DNA from: Amphiscolops sp. MND2022
Lineage: Eukaryota
DNA: 64,000 nt
NCBI GenBank assembly: GCA_964187785.1
Contig: OZ076409.1
Coordinates: 87,484,001 to 87,548,000 of the forward strand
Direction: 5' to 3'
Shown: positions 1 through 12,295 of the stretch, piece by piece
Numbering within the stretch: the stretch's first letter is position 1
How the letters are laid out: every line of letters starts with the position of its first letter
Program-made: the position numbers and the translations under genes
The notes under the pieces: model-generated
The model's input: the letters and a program-made list of their open reading frames with translations, nothing else
Told to the model about the DNA's origin: nothing
Database searches by the model: none

Positions 1-1223
1 AAACGATATCGATGCAGAAGTTGTTTCTTGTTAGTTCCTAATCGTCTAACTATGTAGTTATTGTTAGGAAGGACTTTTTCAACGTTATATGGACCTTCCC
101 ATCTAAATTCTCGAAAAGGTATCTTTGTTGCCTGGGTATCCGCCTTCGGGTTTAAGACTTAACAATAATCCGTTGTTTCAAGTGGAAATGCTTTTGCTTT
201 CCTATCATAGAATGCTTTGTATTTGAGATAGAATTGCATTATGTTCTTTTTGGTTTGGTCAAGCAGTATTTTCATTCTTCTTTGTACTTCCTCTGCTTAA
301 TCTGTATGTGGTAAGTATTTTGGGTTAGGGCTGTATCCAAGCTTGTAATCGAGTATGTTATGGGGTATTCGCCCATGAAAGACTCGTGAGGGCTCACAAC
401 CCAGTGTTGCATGGTAAATAGTGTTGTGGTTTAAAACTGCTAGCGGGAGAAACCTGTGCCAATTGTTTCGAAACTCCCCGGTGGCAGCTTTAAGATGCGT
501 TTTCACTGATGCATGAGTTCTCTCTAGGATTCCAATGGTTTGAGCGTGTTTCATTGTTGCATGTTTGAGCTCAATTCCTAGAACTGCGGCTACTTCATGT
601 GTCACTTGGACAATAAATTGTGTGCCCAAATCCGTAATTATTGTAGTTGGTAGATATGTGTGTTTGCAGAGGATATCCATTATTACTCGGGCTACAGCAG
701 AAGCTGTGATGCGTGTTACTGGATATGCAAACAAATACCTTGAAAAAACGTCTATCGCTGTGATTATGTGATCATAGCCTCCACTTGGAGGGAGATTGGG
801 TAGGATGTCCATTTGGAAAATGTCTTCTGGACCAAGGTCCCATTCTGGACGGTTGAAAAGTTCCGTTCTAAGAAGATCATTGTTAATTCGTTTAGTTTGT
901 ATGCAAATTTGGCAGTTGGTAACCCATTTTTTGATGTCTTTAGCAATACATGGGTAATAGTATTTTTGTCGGGCTTCTTGAATCATCTTCGTAATACCTG
1001 GATGGTTTGAGTTGTGACCATGTAGGGCTTGAAGAAATTCTTCTAAAAGTTGAGCCGGAAGTAATATCTGGTAATGGGAAGTGGTTCCCGTGTCTGTATA
1101 GTACCTCCGAGTGAGAACTTCTTGTTTAATTTCAATTCTAGCGATATTTTAAAGGTAATGATGGTATCTATAGTCAGATGCCAAATCATGTTTATCAAAA
1201 GGATGTCCTTCTATTTTTGCTCG
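1..1223 (-). pseudogene. Gypsy integrase (frameshifted; core ORF 297-986)
   Basis: Zn-binding CQIC; core motifs QMDIL, IITDLGTQF, IGILERTH; GP(Y/F)-type motif near 85-105. Confidence 0.9.
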
Positions 1224-2140
1224 TTAATTTCTGAGTACAATATCATTATTTTGTTCTAGACGAATTTTCGCATTGTCTCGGAAGTGACCTTCCGAACAAG
1301 TGTTTAAACCAGAAGTAGGTTTATGGAATTGTTGGAGTTCGGTTATGTTATTTTCTGGTTCATTGTGTGTCTCGTTTTGAGTTTGGTCTCGGATGTTCTG
1401 CTTCTCTTGCCATAATTGGTTTTCATCTAGTTCATCATCGGGGAGGATGTAAATCTGCTCTTCTTCTACGATCCCTGATGATCGTATGTTGACTTCAATT
1501 GCTTTGGTGTGTATGTCATTTCGGATGGTCAGTTCAAGTTTTTCAACTGGATTGACTTCAGTGCGTGAGAGGAAGTCAGCTGCAGTGTTCCTTGATCCAG
1601 CAACGTGGGCGATTACAAAATTGTATTGTAAAACATAATCGCATGCATTCCAAAGTGCTGGTGGGATAAGTTTTGCTTGAAAAAATCGGGTTACTGATCT
1701 ATTATCGGTGAACACGATTACAGGGAAGGTGCTACCCCACATGAGGTGTCCAAATTCAACAAAGGCAAAATATATGGAAAGGAATTCCTTGGCATATATT
1801 GACATTTTTGTTTGTGTCGGGTTGAAAGTTTTGGAACCAAATGCTATGGGAGCGTATGTTTTGCGTTTGGATTGTAATTTTTGGTTCGGGTCGTCTTCTA
1901 TCATAATGGCATATCCCGCAGCGGTAAAAATGGCATCAGACATGATTATGAGTTGTTTGTCTTTGAGGGGTTGCTTCAATGCCAATTGACATGAGTTTTC
2001 GAGGAGTTTATTGAAGTTGGTGAAATCGTCTACTAAGTTTGTTGGCACATAGAATTTAGATGTTTCTTTGAGGAGCTTGAAGAACGGGGATAGCCGTTCT
2101 GAGAGTCGTGGAATGTAGTTGCGATAGTCGTTTAGGAAAC
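1224..2140 (-). pseudogene. Gypsy RT connection/RNase H
   Basis: IIMSDA, YAKEFLSI, VFTDNRS and NTAADFLSR RNase H motifs. Confidence 0.9.
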
Positions 2141-3855
2141 CTATATATCGCTGGAGGGCCTTTTTGGATTTAGGAAATCTGAGTTTAGACAGGATATTTT
2201 TGACTTTTTCTGCTTGCGGGCGACTCTTTCAGGTGTAATTGTGCGTCCCGAGAAGTCAACTTGTTTGACGCCAAAGTGGCATTTGGACATTGTAAGTTTA
2301 AGGCCAGCATTTCGAATGCATTCAAACACTGTTCTGATGTTGGCGCATAGTTGCTGGGCATTGTTTGCAGCGATGCCAATGTCATCCGTATCTTGAGCGC
2401 ACTGGTCAGCTTTGATTGCTTTATCCAAATACTCTCTCCTGAAACTAGAAAATGCTGAGAGATATCTGCTTAGGCCTTGTGCCAATCGCCTTAAAGCGAA
2501 AGTTCGGCTGGCAAAGTTGAAAGCGAGCATTTGTATGGATTGGTAGTCCGCCATTTGTAGGCAGTGGTAAGCCTGGGAGCAGTCCAATTTGCAGAAAAGC
2601 TTTTTCCCTGCCATATGTTGCGCTGCATCCGACAATGTGCTTACCGGGTGGTTGTTATTTGTGTAGTCTTCGGTTATTACATTGTTGATTTTCCTGAGGT
2701 CAACAAGGAGTCTAAGGCGTCCATTTGGTTTGCGTTGAGCAAAAATTGGACTAGCATATTGGACTTTGGAGAAGGGTAATGTTGTTATAAAGCCGTATTT
2801 GTGTAGAAGGGCAAGTTCTACCGTAATGTCGTCTTTGAGGTTGATTGGAGTTGGCAGACTTTGGCTGTACGCTGGTCTGTCATCGTTGGGAGTGAGTTTT
2901 ACCTTGAATTCCCGATTTGTGCCAATGTCGAAAAATGTCATGGAAATCAATGAGAATTTCTTCAATGTGATGTCGTTCTGCTTCGCCGAGTGTCGTGTCA
3001 TCGTTGGGAGTGAGTTTTACCTTGAATTCCCGATTTGTGCCAATGTCGAAAAATGTCATGGAAATCAATGAGAATTTCTTCAATGTGATGTCGTTCTGCT
3101 TCGCCGAGTGTCGTGTCAGACCAGTCAAAGTTGGAAAGGAATGATTTGCGTGATTCTTCATTGTCCTGGGGGTTTAACTTTTCAAGTCGTTGCAATTCGA
3201 GTAGTTCGTCATATATTCGTTGTTGAATTGGGGTGTAGGTTGTAGGATCGCCTGGCTCTTCTGGAGTTGGGAACCAGTAGATTTCGTGTTCTTGATTTTG
3301 TGAAGGAACTTTCAAGAGTTCATGTAAGTAGATTTCCGATGTATCGTCATGTTGCATCATGAACGATAGTAAGGTTGGGTCCACTGGTTGTATGTATTTG
3401 ATTTGTTCTGGCGTCAGTATTTTGAAGTCCGCCAGGTGAGTGTCGAGAGGATTTGTGTACGGTAGCTCAGAAAAATTAATGATTTGGTACCCGATAGCAT
3501 TGTTGTTAACCGTGCTGAGTGACGATGTAATGAAGATGATATCGTGTTGTTCAAATTGTGGAGATGGGGTTACAACTCCTGTTGCATCATGGTCCATGAG
3601 GTGAGGCATTCTGCTGGCTATGGCAAGGGTTTCGCCAGGTTGTAGAGTATAGGTGTTTTCTGCTAACAGTGGAGTTGCTTGTCGCATAGTTATTTGGGTA
3701 TCAGATTTAAGTTGCATTGAAAGGTATGGAAACGTCAGGATGCCTTGGGTGACATCGAAGATGGCATGGTTCCGACGTAGGAAACAAAAGCCAATTATTG
3801 GGTTCGGTAAATTTTTCATGATGATGAAATTTTCTCTTAGCATAAAGTCAGCCAC
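2141..3855 (-). pseudogene. Gypsy reverse transcriptase and upstream pol region, disrupted
   Basis: YASPIF, LRLLVDLRKIN and KLDCSQAYH motifs. The catalytic YVDD reads DTDD here. Frameshifts and a tandem duplication are present. Confidence 0.9.
2878..3118. repeat. 118-bp tandem duplication inside pol
   Basis: The sequence starting tcgttgggagtgag at 2883 recurs at 3001; TGTCA microhomology at the junctions. Confidence 0.9.
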
Positions 3856-4503
3856 TTCGAATTCGAGTAAGACAGTGCCAAATGGGACTTCTAATTTCTA
3901 ATTGTCCGTTGGCCACCATGATTTGAAAGTTTGGCGGTGGGCCAGTTTCTCGGATTGCATCATTTGCTAACAATTTAATTTTGTAGAGATCCTGTTCGGA
4001 AATTGCACTCGTTAGGGCTCCTGTGTCAATGAGTCCGTCGAGAGTTAATTTTTCGAAGTCCATGGGCATGTAGTACATGTGGCGTTTACGCTTTAGTGTA
4101 AGAGAGGTTGATATTGGAAGGCATGATAGGATTCGTTCCTTATCGAAGTGTATATGTTCGGTGAGGTCATCATCAAGAAGGAGTCGTTTTTGTTCATTGC
4201 AAGAAGAAGTTGATGGTTGTGATTCTACCGTGGTGGTTTTATGTTGGGTTTCTGATATTAGGTCGATTTGGGGTTGGTTTTGTGGTGTGGGTTGTTCGAA
4301 GTAGTTGTCTGGTGCATCTCTCAAGAGTTCATAGTATTGATCTGGAGAGGTTTTCGGAGTTTCAGATGGTTCAGTGGTTGGAGGAGTAGGGTCAAGTTCA
4401 GTAGCAAGTCGTTTGAGTTGAATGTTTATGGTTTCCGCTTGATGCTGCCAGTCATCTTGTGGATTTATTGCAACGTTTTTGTTGTTAAGGCGTGGCGTTT
4501 CTA
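3848..4503 (-). pseudogene. Gypsy aspartic protease region
   Basis: LIDTGA active-site motif and FQIMVANG flap motif. Confidence 0.85.
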
Positions 4504-6191
4504 GTTTAAATCATTCGATGAGGATTGTTGGGCTTGAGGATTGTCGTTCCATTTTGGGCTTGATGTGTTTTTTGGCTTGTTTGTAGTTTTCAATAATCTT
4601 TTTCTGGGCTTCTGTGAGGTTCCATTTAGGTGGGCGATTTTCCATATTCTCGCCAAAGTAGCAGTTTTTTTCAGTGTGTCCTGGTGTGTTACAATTTTCA
4701 CATTTGTCCGCATCCGGATCTTCCTGAAGTTTGCGTCGCTTGGCTAGTTTGGGGCAATCGTTCATCATATGGCACTCTTCTTTGCAATAACGACATTGGC
4801 CGTCCTTAAGGGTCTTGTTTGGGACTGATTTTAGCGTTTGTGTTTTGGAATTATCAGTTTGTTTTTGTTGGTTTTTTTTTGTCTTTTGTTCTTTTTTGGT
4901 TGCGGTCATTTGTGTTTTGACCATGGATTCATCGGATTCCAATCCGTTTAGTTCCATCTCTCGTTCGAGATGTTTGACGATTTGGTTATAGGTGCCATTT
5001 TCAAGGTATGCTTGATTAATGGACTTTTTGAGGTGGGGAGGCATCTTAGCATAAAGTAAATTCTCTATCATTTGATGCGCATTAACCCCAAACGCTTTTT
5101 CGGCACTTTCTTCGAGTTCTTCAAGGAAATCCGGGAGTTTTTGGTTTTCTGGATCGAAAAAGAGTCTGTTGAATCTGTGTTTGGCAGATGCACTGGACTC
5201 CGGTTTTACATATTTTCGTCGAAAAACTTTAAAAATATCTTCTAGGGTTGTTGTCGGTGTTTGTTGTATGTTTTTGAATGTTTTCAGGGCCAAACCTCTC
5301 AAGTGTGCGTGAAAATGATTAATCTTCATGTCTTCTGTAAGATTTGGTTGCATTCTGAGTGTTGTGTGAAACAAATCCTCAAAATATTCAAGTTTCTCAT
5401 TTTTTTCGTTTTTTTTCCATTGAATGTAAGTGTGTTTTTTGGGTGAAAAAGTGTCGGTTGTGAGTTTTGTTTTGCTAGTTTTTCGATGGCCAAAGCAATT
5501 GGGTGTACTGGGTCAAGTGGTGCTGTGGTGGAAGTTGTTGCGTTCTGGTCTGCGTGGGATCCTGTGGTGTCGTTCAGGGACTGTGGGTTTTGCGAACTCT
5601 GTCTATGGAGTTGTCGGTTGGCTCCTGTCACCATGTGATAATCCTCCTCCTCAGAGTCTTCATTTGAAACTATTGTTTCATCTAATTCGAATCTATTTTG
5701 TCAAAACGGTTTTGCTGGATTCCTTAGTTCGTGCATATTTGATGCTCTGATAGGGTGACTATCTTCATTTCAGAGTCTGAGTTATCATTTACTGATGCGT
5801 GAACTCCTTTAGACCTATCTCTGGATCCCGACGGTTGAGTGTTTTGTGTTTCATTTGATTCTGACCTTGGATTTGTGATTGTAGATGCATTTTTGCTGGT
5901 TTTGATTTCTCTTAGGATTGCTTCGAACTTACTATAACTTTCTTCTCTCATTTTTCCTATTCTGTCATTGTTTCTCTTCTCCATTTCTTGTGTCCAAACT
6001 TGGATCTCATTACTGATTAGACTGGGTTCAGTCAGTTGATTTTCCAAGATGTTGGAACCTAAATTCTCCTGTTCAACTAAATTAGAATTAGTTAAAGTCA
6101 TATTACCTGGGTTTGGGGTTTCTACATCCTCTTCTCTACTGGGAGAAGGAGTTTCCAGTCTTCTAGACCTTCTATTTCTCTTGTTTCCCAT
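4501..6191 (-). pseudogene. Gag (frameshifted), starting inside the LTR
   Basis: ORFs 5724-6191, 5326-5634 and 4511-5374 line up with the intact gag at 16824-18242 (HLEREMELNGL; two CCHC knuckles). Confidence 0.85.
5622..5633 (-). promoter_or_regulatory. Primer-binding site TGGTGACAGGAG (tRNA-Leu-like)
   Basis: Directly follows the LTR-terminal CA and is identical to the PBS of element 2. The tRNA identity is inferred. Confidence 0.75.
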
Positions 6192-6923
6192 TCTGCTCGA
6201 GCGAAAATGTCTTTTGGTTGCAGGGGAAGAATTTTAATTGTCTTTTGGTATTCCAAATCCAAAGAGGAATCATTATATTCGAAAGAATTGTTTCACAAAG
6301 AATGAGTGAAGGGTTTAAAACAACTGTTTTACAAGAGGTGAAATCGAAGAATGAAGGATTTCCAGCACTAGAAACTCCAGAAAACTAAGAGCATGACATC
6401 CCTTTTTATCGCAATCATCATCGGAAAACATAAAAAAAATAGAAGTTCATCATCATGACATCAGGTTATTTATATCTTGGCTACATGACGTTCAAAAGAA
6501 TAAGCAGGACCCTAGAGGACCTGGAAACCGCACAAAATGACGTATGAAGTTGTATTAGTGGTTGGAATTCTCAATACATTAGAATGGTACAGTGAACGAA
6601 CAATTAGAGCGAAAAACGTATAGTAACGAGTATACGTTACTTTTCGAACCGCAAAATGCCGCATAATAAAAAGTGCATAGTGACGAGTATACTTTATGCT
6701 TCAATCCGTAGGATGCCGCATAATTCAATTATGAAAAACGCATACTTGCGAGTAATCAACATATCTCAAACCGCATAATGACGTATAGTCATTAGCTCAT
6801 GTGATCATTTGATGATGTCATATCGCGAAAATGATATTAAATAGAAGCCAATTAGTCATTCACTAAGATTTTTGGGTACAAATGTTTAAGTTCTGACTTA
6901 GTATGACTTTCCTTTCGTTCACA
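5634..6923 (-). repeat. 5' LTR of element 1
   Basis: Ends in CA next to the PBS. Contains three imperfect ~57-60-bp repeats at ~6610-6790. Distal end tentative (TGTGA...TCACA). Confidence 0.65.
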
Positions 6924-8392
6924 AACAACTTCATTTACAAAAGGCATCATTAAAAATATTTACATGACTACAGTAAACTAACAAGTAAAGTTTTGAAAAA
7001 TGTTTGCAGAAGTTCTTCAAGAGCTAGCTAGACCTTCTTGGTCTATTTTCCACGACTTCTGGATGTTGAGATTGTCGCTGCTTACAATCATCTTTGACTG
7101 TTGCACTATGGGTCCAGTACAGCTGTATGACTGGAACACGTATGGAAAGTGTTACAGCCCACTCCCGGCTGGTGAACGTATTGCCAGCAAGGCTTACATA
7201 GAAATGCGCGAGGACTAGGCCACGGGAAACGCATCAACCCCTATAAGTAGTTAAAGTTTTACTAACAGTACAGCGGAATAGTCTATTGGAAAATTTGAAC
7301 AATTAAGTTGACGAAAACGTAACCTAAAATTTTAGCTAACGAATCCGTTTCAACTTCAATTTCCGGTTTAACATTTCACGCATAGCTTTGTTTCAATTCC
7401 GGTTTCATTTCCTGAGCAATTTGCATTGCAAATTAAATAGTAAAATAGAAACACAAACTCCAAAGAGAAATCAATATTTCTCAAACCTAAAAGATAAAAT
7501 TGAAAGCAACATTTCAACCGGTAATTAAAACGTACAACATACAACCTGAAATAGTCAATGAAACAAGTACTCGAAACAGAACAACAGATTTCCTTTCGAA
7601 CAGTTGTCAAAAATTTACTGAGATTACAACTATATAATCTGAGCAATTATAAACAACGTACTAGATGCGTTTCACAGAGAAGCCGGTATTTTGAATCACT
7701 AGCTCAACGGACCAACGGCGTTGCTGCCAGGTTGGTATATTTGCGCTCCAGTCAATACGAATGACTTCTGTGACGTCACTAGCCATAGAATTGGAATGAT
7801 TTCTGAACATGCCGTAATCCCTCTGTCAACCTTCGGCTAGATATAGCTAATCTTATTACACACGTAGATACTACGTTGCATTTTGAGGTTGTGCTCTTTT
7901 AAGTGGCCATTTTTTTCTGCTAAAGGGAAGTTTTCAACAAAGAATTAATCAAACACATGATTTAGAATATAAAATTTCTTGGTTGGGAAAGCTGTACTGT
8001 GGGTTTAAACACAAAATTACTTTTTGAATGTAGTGTTAATTCAATATTGTATGATTTTGAGGAGAACACCAAAGGAATATGTTAACATTACGTTGCATGA
8101 TTATCCTTGCCAAAATAAATTGTCCTGACAGTTCAAACGTCTCATGACTACACTTTTCCAGATCGACAAAACTGTGACCTATGATTTACGTTGACATATC
8201 TGTTCAAAAATGCATTGTCTTAGGCCAGGATACTTCCAGTGATTATGATGATTTTTTTAATGATATTGTCAATTGGGTGTTTTGGAATGATGCTTCAAAA
8301 ACGATTGTTTGACTTAACGTGTTATTATAATTATGTTGAAAACTGTGCTGTTTAAGAATTTACTTGACATAATGGTAACGTCTTGTTGAAAA

Positions 8393-9346
8393 TGTTGTGT
8401 TAAAAATGTTTTACACTAAAGTCAAAAAGTGTGCCAAAATGAATGATCATCCGGCATCAATTTTTATCCTATCTTTTTTGGACTTAATTCCGGGAATAAA
8501 TTTTTCCTTTCCATTTCAGTCACATGGTAGATTTTGTAGGTCATAATTTGTCGCGATCCTGTTTGAATCTTTAGGTTGGAAATTGAGAAATTGGTCACGC
8601 CAGCGTACTTTCATCGATAGACGTTCAAGTAAATTTTTCTTTTGTCGCCATTTTAATGTCCAAACAGGAAGTAGGAGCGTTTGACCAAAAATGATTTCAA
8701 CAAAGATGACGAGTGGTTTACTCGATACCTGAATTTAAGACGCGGGCCTAAAATAAGAGGAACTATTAGGCAATTTTAGTGTACCTACCTGATTTTTAGG
8801 ATAGTTAGGAATTTTTAAGTAAGGAACCATTGCGGTAGAAAGGTGTATATACTTTAAAAAATGTAAATTTTTAATTAAATAGTTACCGTGGTACAACCGT
8901 TATTGGAGAAAGTCATTTTAGTTGAAGAATTCAAACTTTCGAAAGATTTTTTCTTTGTCTCAATTGAAAATGCAACTAGAAGTCTGAAAAAAAGCTGTTG
9001 TTGAATTTGTTTGAAGAGACCTTGAACCTCCAACAACTGAAAACAATGTCACTGAGAACGTTTTAGCTGGTCCTAGTAAATCTCCAAGAGTACAGCTATA
9101 AAATCTTGACGAGATTAAAACGTCTTTCCGAAAATCAGAAAATGATGTCTGATCTCACTAAAATCTTAGCTGGAAACCGAAAGGAGATGTTGAAATTGAT
9201 TGCTGCCACAGTTAAGAAAACATCCAATATGCAAAATATAGAAAGTTCTGATTCTGAAGCCGAGAATACTTTCATCACAACTACATCAACACGTATAAAA
9301 TCAAAAACGAGTGCTCAGAAAAGTGATCCGGTAGCCAGTCGTAACA
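8393..9346 (+). repeat. Solo/remnant LTR of a related gypsy family
   Basis: Ends AGTCGTAACA like the LTR at 10659, with no PBS. Carries a decayed gag-leader ORF ending ...DPVASRN. The left boundary rests only on a possible GAAAA TSD. Confidence 0.5.
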
Positions 9347-9846
9347 GAAAAGAACATACTTGAATCAGTTGCGGCTTATTCCTAAATTTCCGACGTTCCA
9401 AATTTATACCCAAATCGAAGGCTTTCACCCAATAAATTCAACTGGCAAAAAAGCAAAAAAATTAATTTCGGACGAGTTGTTCTTGTAGATAATTTTGGGC
9501 CATTTAATTCAAAATGACCCGAACTCAAAAAATCAAATTTTTACGAGTTTTGACATTTTGAGCAATTTTTCAAGAACTTTCTTGCGTTGAATAGGTATAC
9601 ACGTTCGACAAAGGAAATAATAGCTATGATGTATGCTTTTTTGAAGAGAGCGTTTCTGTTGTTCGTCAACAAGTAGCTTAGTTAGTCCCAGAAAAACTAA
9701 CATGCAATTTTTTTGAAAATGTCGGGAGATTTTGTGGGTTAGAACGTTGAAACAACGAGTAAACTATTTGCCCAGTAGGCTTTTAGAAATATGTGTAGTT
9801 GTTCCGAGGGAACTTCTCTCGAAATGTCTCGAAAAGTTCAACTTCT

Positions 9847-10057
9847 TCAAAAAGGGCTGCTGGGTAACATGTTTATTCGTTGCAACGCAAAATCGGAGTT
9901 CTTACAGTTGAAAAGTTCCAAAGTTTCAAAAAAGTCAAATATTTCAAGTAAGTTACTTGAAATATTTGACTTTTTTGAAACTTTGGAACTTTTCAACTGT
10001 AAGAACTCCGATTTTGCGTTGCAACGAATAAACATGTTACCCAGCAGCCCTTTTTGA
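9847..10057. repeat. Perfect 211-bp palindrome (105-bp arms, 1-nt centre at 9952)
   Basis: The arms are exact reverse complements; the same peptide appears in ORFs on both strands. Confidence 0.95.
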
Positions 10058-10658
10058 CGAGGTTCACTGATTTGTTTTGAAAAATGTCTCAAAATTTGGA
10101 CCTCTAAAACATCCAAAAATTTTTCTTCTTTTGTAACGTTTGTACAATTTATGTGGATTTCTCAATAATTTCGTATATGAGACTTATGAAACCGTTTACC
10201 AACGAATTAGTATAAATTTTTAGGAGATATGTGCAATTTCGTGTTATATAAATGCCTCAAAATGACCCCAAAAAGTTAAGAAACGCATAGAAGGTTCAGT
10301 TTTTGACATTTTTATCCATTGCAGAGCAAGAATTTGGCTTGGATGGTATCCATTCGCCCACTCCTGCAACTACGCAGTGCTCCAGTGTTCCAAACTCTGA
10401 AGTTTTTATCCATGTCAGGAGCTGCAGGAACGTGTCTTTTTATGGATACATTTGAGGTCAGGATATCAATTGCGGAACAATAAGTAATGTCATTGGTAGG
10501 TGGAATCAAAGTCAAAGGTCTGATCACAGAGTGAAATTGAATTACTCTATCGTAAATGAAAAATCGAGATAACCGGTTAAAGTTTTGACGAATTTTATGA
10601 CTGCAAGTAGCGTTGAGGCTCCAACCTGTCCCCAAATCATCAGTTTGTAGTTTCATGG

Positions 10659-11950
10659 TGTTACGACTTATGTTCGGGTCGTTTTGCGTAGAATTTATTC
10701 TAACTGATTTTGTCGGAGTATAAAAGTTTCTAGTTTCGTTCTCCGTTTCTTCATCGAAGTTATCCCTAATATTCTCCCTTGTTTTAGGTTTGAGGAGTTC
10801 CAATACTTCCTTTTGAGACTCAATGAGGAGATTCTTAACCTCAGAAGTTATTTCCTCTTTCAAAGAAGCTCTTAGATTCTCCAAGAGGCCATTTTCAATT
10901 CTGGGCGATTTTGGTTTAGAAGGGCCCGCTACCTCTACGTCCTGATTTGAGGGACAAGGATTTCCCATTACTATCGGCGAAACAAAACCTTCACTTACAT
11001 TTCTATCACCTTCTTGCTGATCATTCTTTCTTTTCTGGCTTCTTGTTGTTGACATATTTGTTGTGGAAAAGTTTTATCTTGAAGAATTGATTTCTTTCAG
11101 AGATATTTTCTAACAAAGTTAGGTAGGTTGAGAGTTTAGCAAAATTGAGAATTCAACTGAATTGTACAATCGCAAAAGATTGAGTCCCTTCATCATCAAA
11201 TCCTATCATATTTATACCCTCCCAGCATCATTTGATCACGACTATAATCCCTAATTTTCTACGAACAATTAGTCATTTCCTGTTTTATCGATGAAAAAAT
11301 CACGAAGTTCCCAAATTTGCGTCGACGTTTCGTCAATTTTTAAGACACGGCAATATTAATTCAGCGTTAGTCATCAAACATGATCATATCATTTCATCCC
11401 GGCGTCCTTTTGCTTCCTCCTAAGCAGGAAGTAGATATTACTTCAGTCTGTCAAACCGGAAATGCTTCCCTGTTTTACTGCTTTGGTTCGCGGGAAATTG
11501 ACGCTAAGACGACGCTGACGTGAACAACAAGTACCTGATTTTGAAATTCGGCTTGATCAAAATGCTATGACTAATTCCAAAGCGTGATTATTTGAACGAT
11601 GCTAAGACGATAATTTATGGAATTGGTCTCATTCTTTCGTCGGAAATAGAATTAAAAAACATGGTATTAAATAATACACCATTAGCAAATTTGTCATGTC
11701 GTGACAAGTGCGACAAGTTTTACAAAATTAACAGCAACGTTTGTTAAATAGCAACGACAATGCAACGCATTTAATGGATAGCAACAAGTGAATTAGTATG
11801 GAAAATATGATCTTGATCATAAATATAGCGTTCAATATCATAGAGTATAAAGGTGCGAAGTATATGAAAATACATTTTCAGTACAAAATATACTTTAGTT
11901 GAAAGCATAAACTGTGACTTTCTGATTATTTTACTATGAACTCACATAGA
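10659..11950 (-). repeat. Solo/remnant LTR with gag-leader ORF (ATG 11055, MSTTRSQKRK...PNISRN)
   Basis: Minus-strand end GTCGTAACA at 10659 with no PBS. The ORF resembles the LTR-encoded gag leaders of elements 1 and 2. Distal end approximate. Confidence 0.6.
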
Positions 11951-12198
11951 GGAAAAATGGTTTATGTAAGGGAATTTCCTTTTTGTTGATAAATGCGAGA
12001 CGATCAATTACCGTGGATTTAAACTATCCTATATGTGTCGAAACTACTTTAAGTCGGTACCTTAAGTTATAGGAATGCCGCTTCTACACTTATTTTACGA
12101 ATTGAAATAGCCTGCGATCATTTTCTTTTAGCATAATAGCAACTTTAGCGCGATGAAACCTTAACTGATCTTGCAAATTCATCCATTTTGTTCAATCT

Positions 12199-12295
12199 CA
12201 TAAACTTGGCAACGTCGTGTTGACAAGTTTTCTTGGCAGAATTTAAGCTTCATAAACTTGTCAACGTCATGTTGACGAGTTTTCTTGGCAGAATA
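12199..12295. repeat. Two ~52-bp tandem units with an internal palindrome
   Basis: cataaacttg(g/t)caacgtc(g/a)tgttgac(a/g)agttttcttggcagaat occurs twice. Confidence 0.75.

Larger units (their letters stand above)
1..6923 (-). mobile_element. Degenerate Ty3/gypsy LTR retrotransposon (element 1); 3' part extends beyond the window start
   Basis: Minus-strand order LTR-PBS-gag-PR-RT-RH-IN. The proteins align closely by eye with the intact element at 15279-30565. Many frameshifts. The distal LTR boundary (6923, ...TCACA) is tentative. Confidence 0.9.

Noticed and set aside
9791..10116. Two opposite-strand ORFs with the same peptide
   Set aside because: A by-product of the DNA palindrome.
10312..11055. 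247-aa ORF as a host gene
   Set aside because: The N-terminal part is an LTR gag leader; the rest is read-through into unrelated flank beyond the LTR end at 10659.
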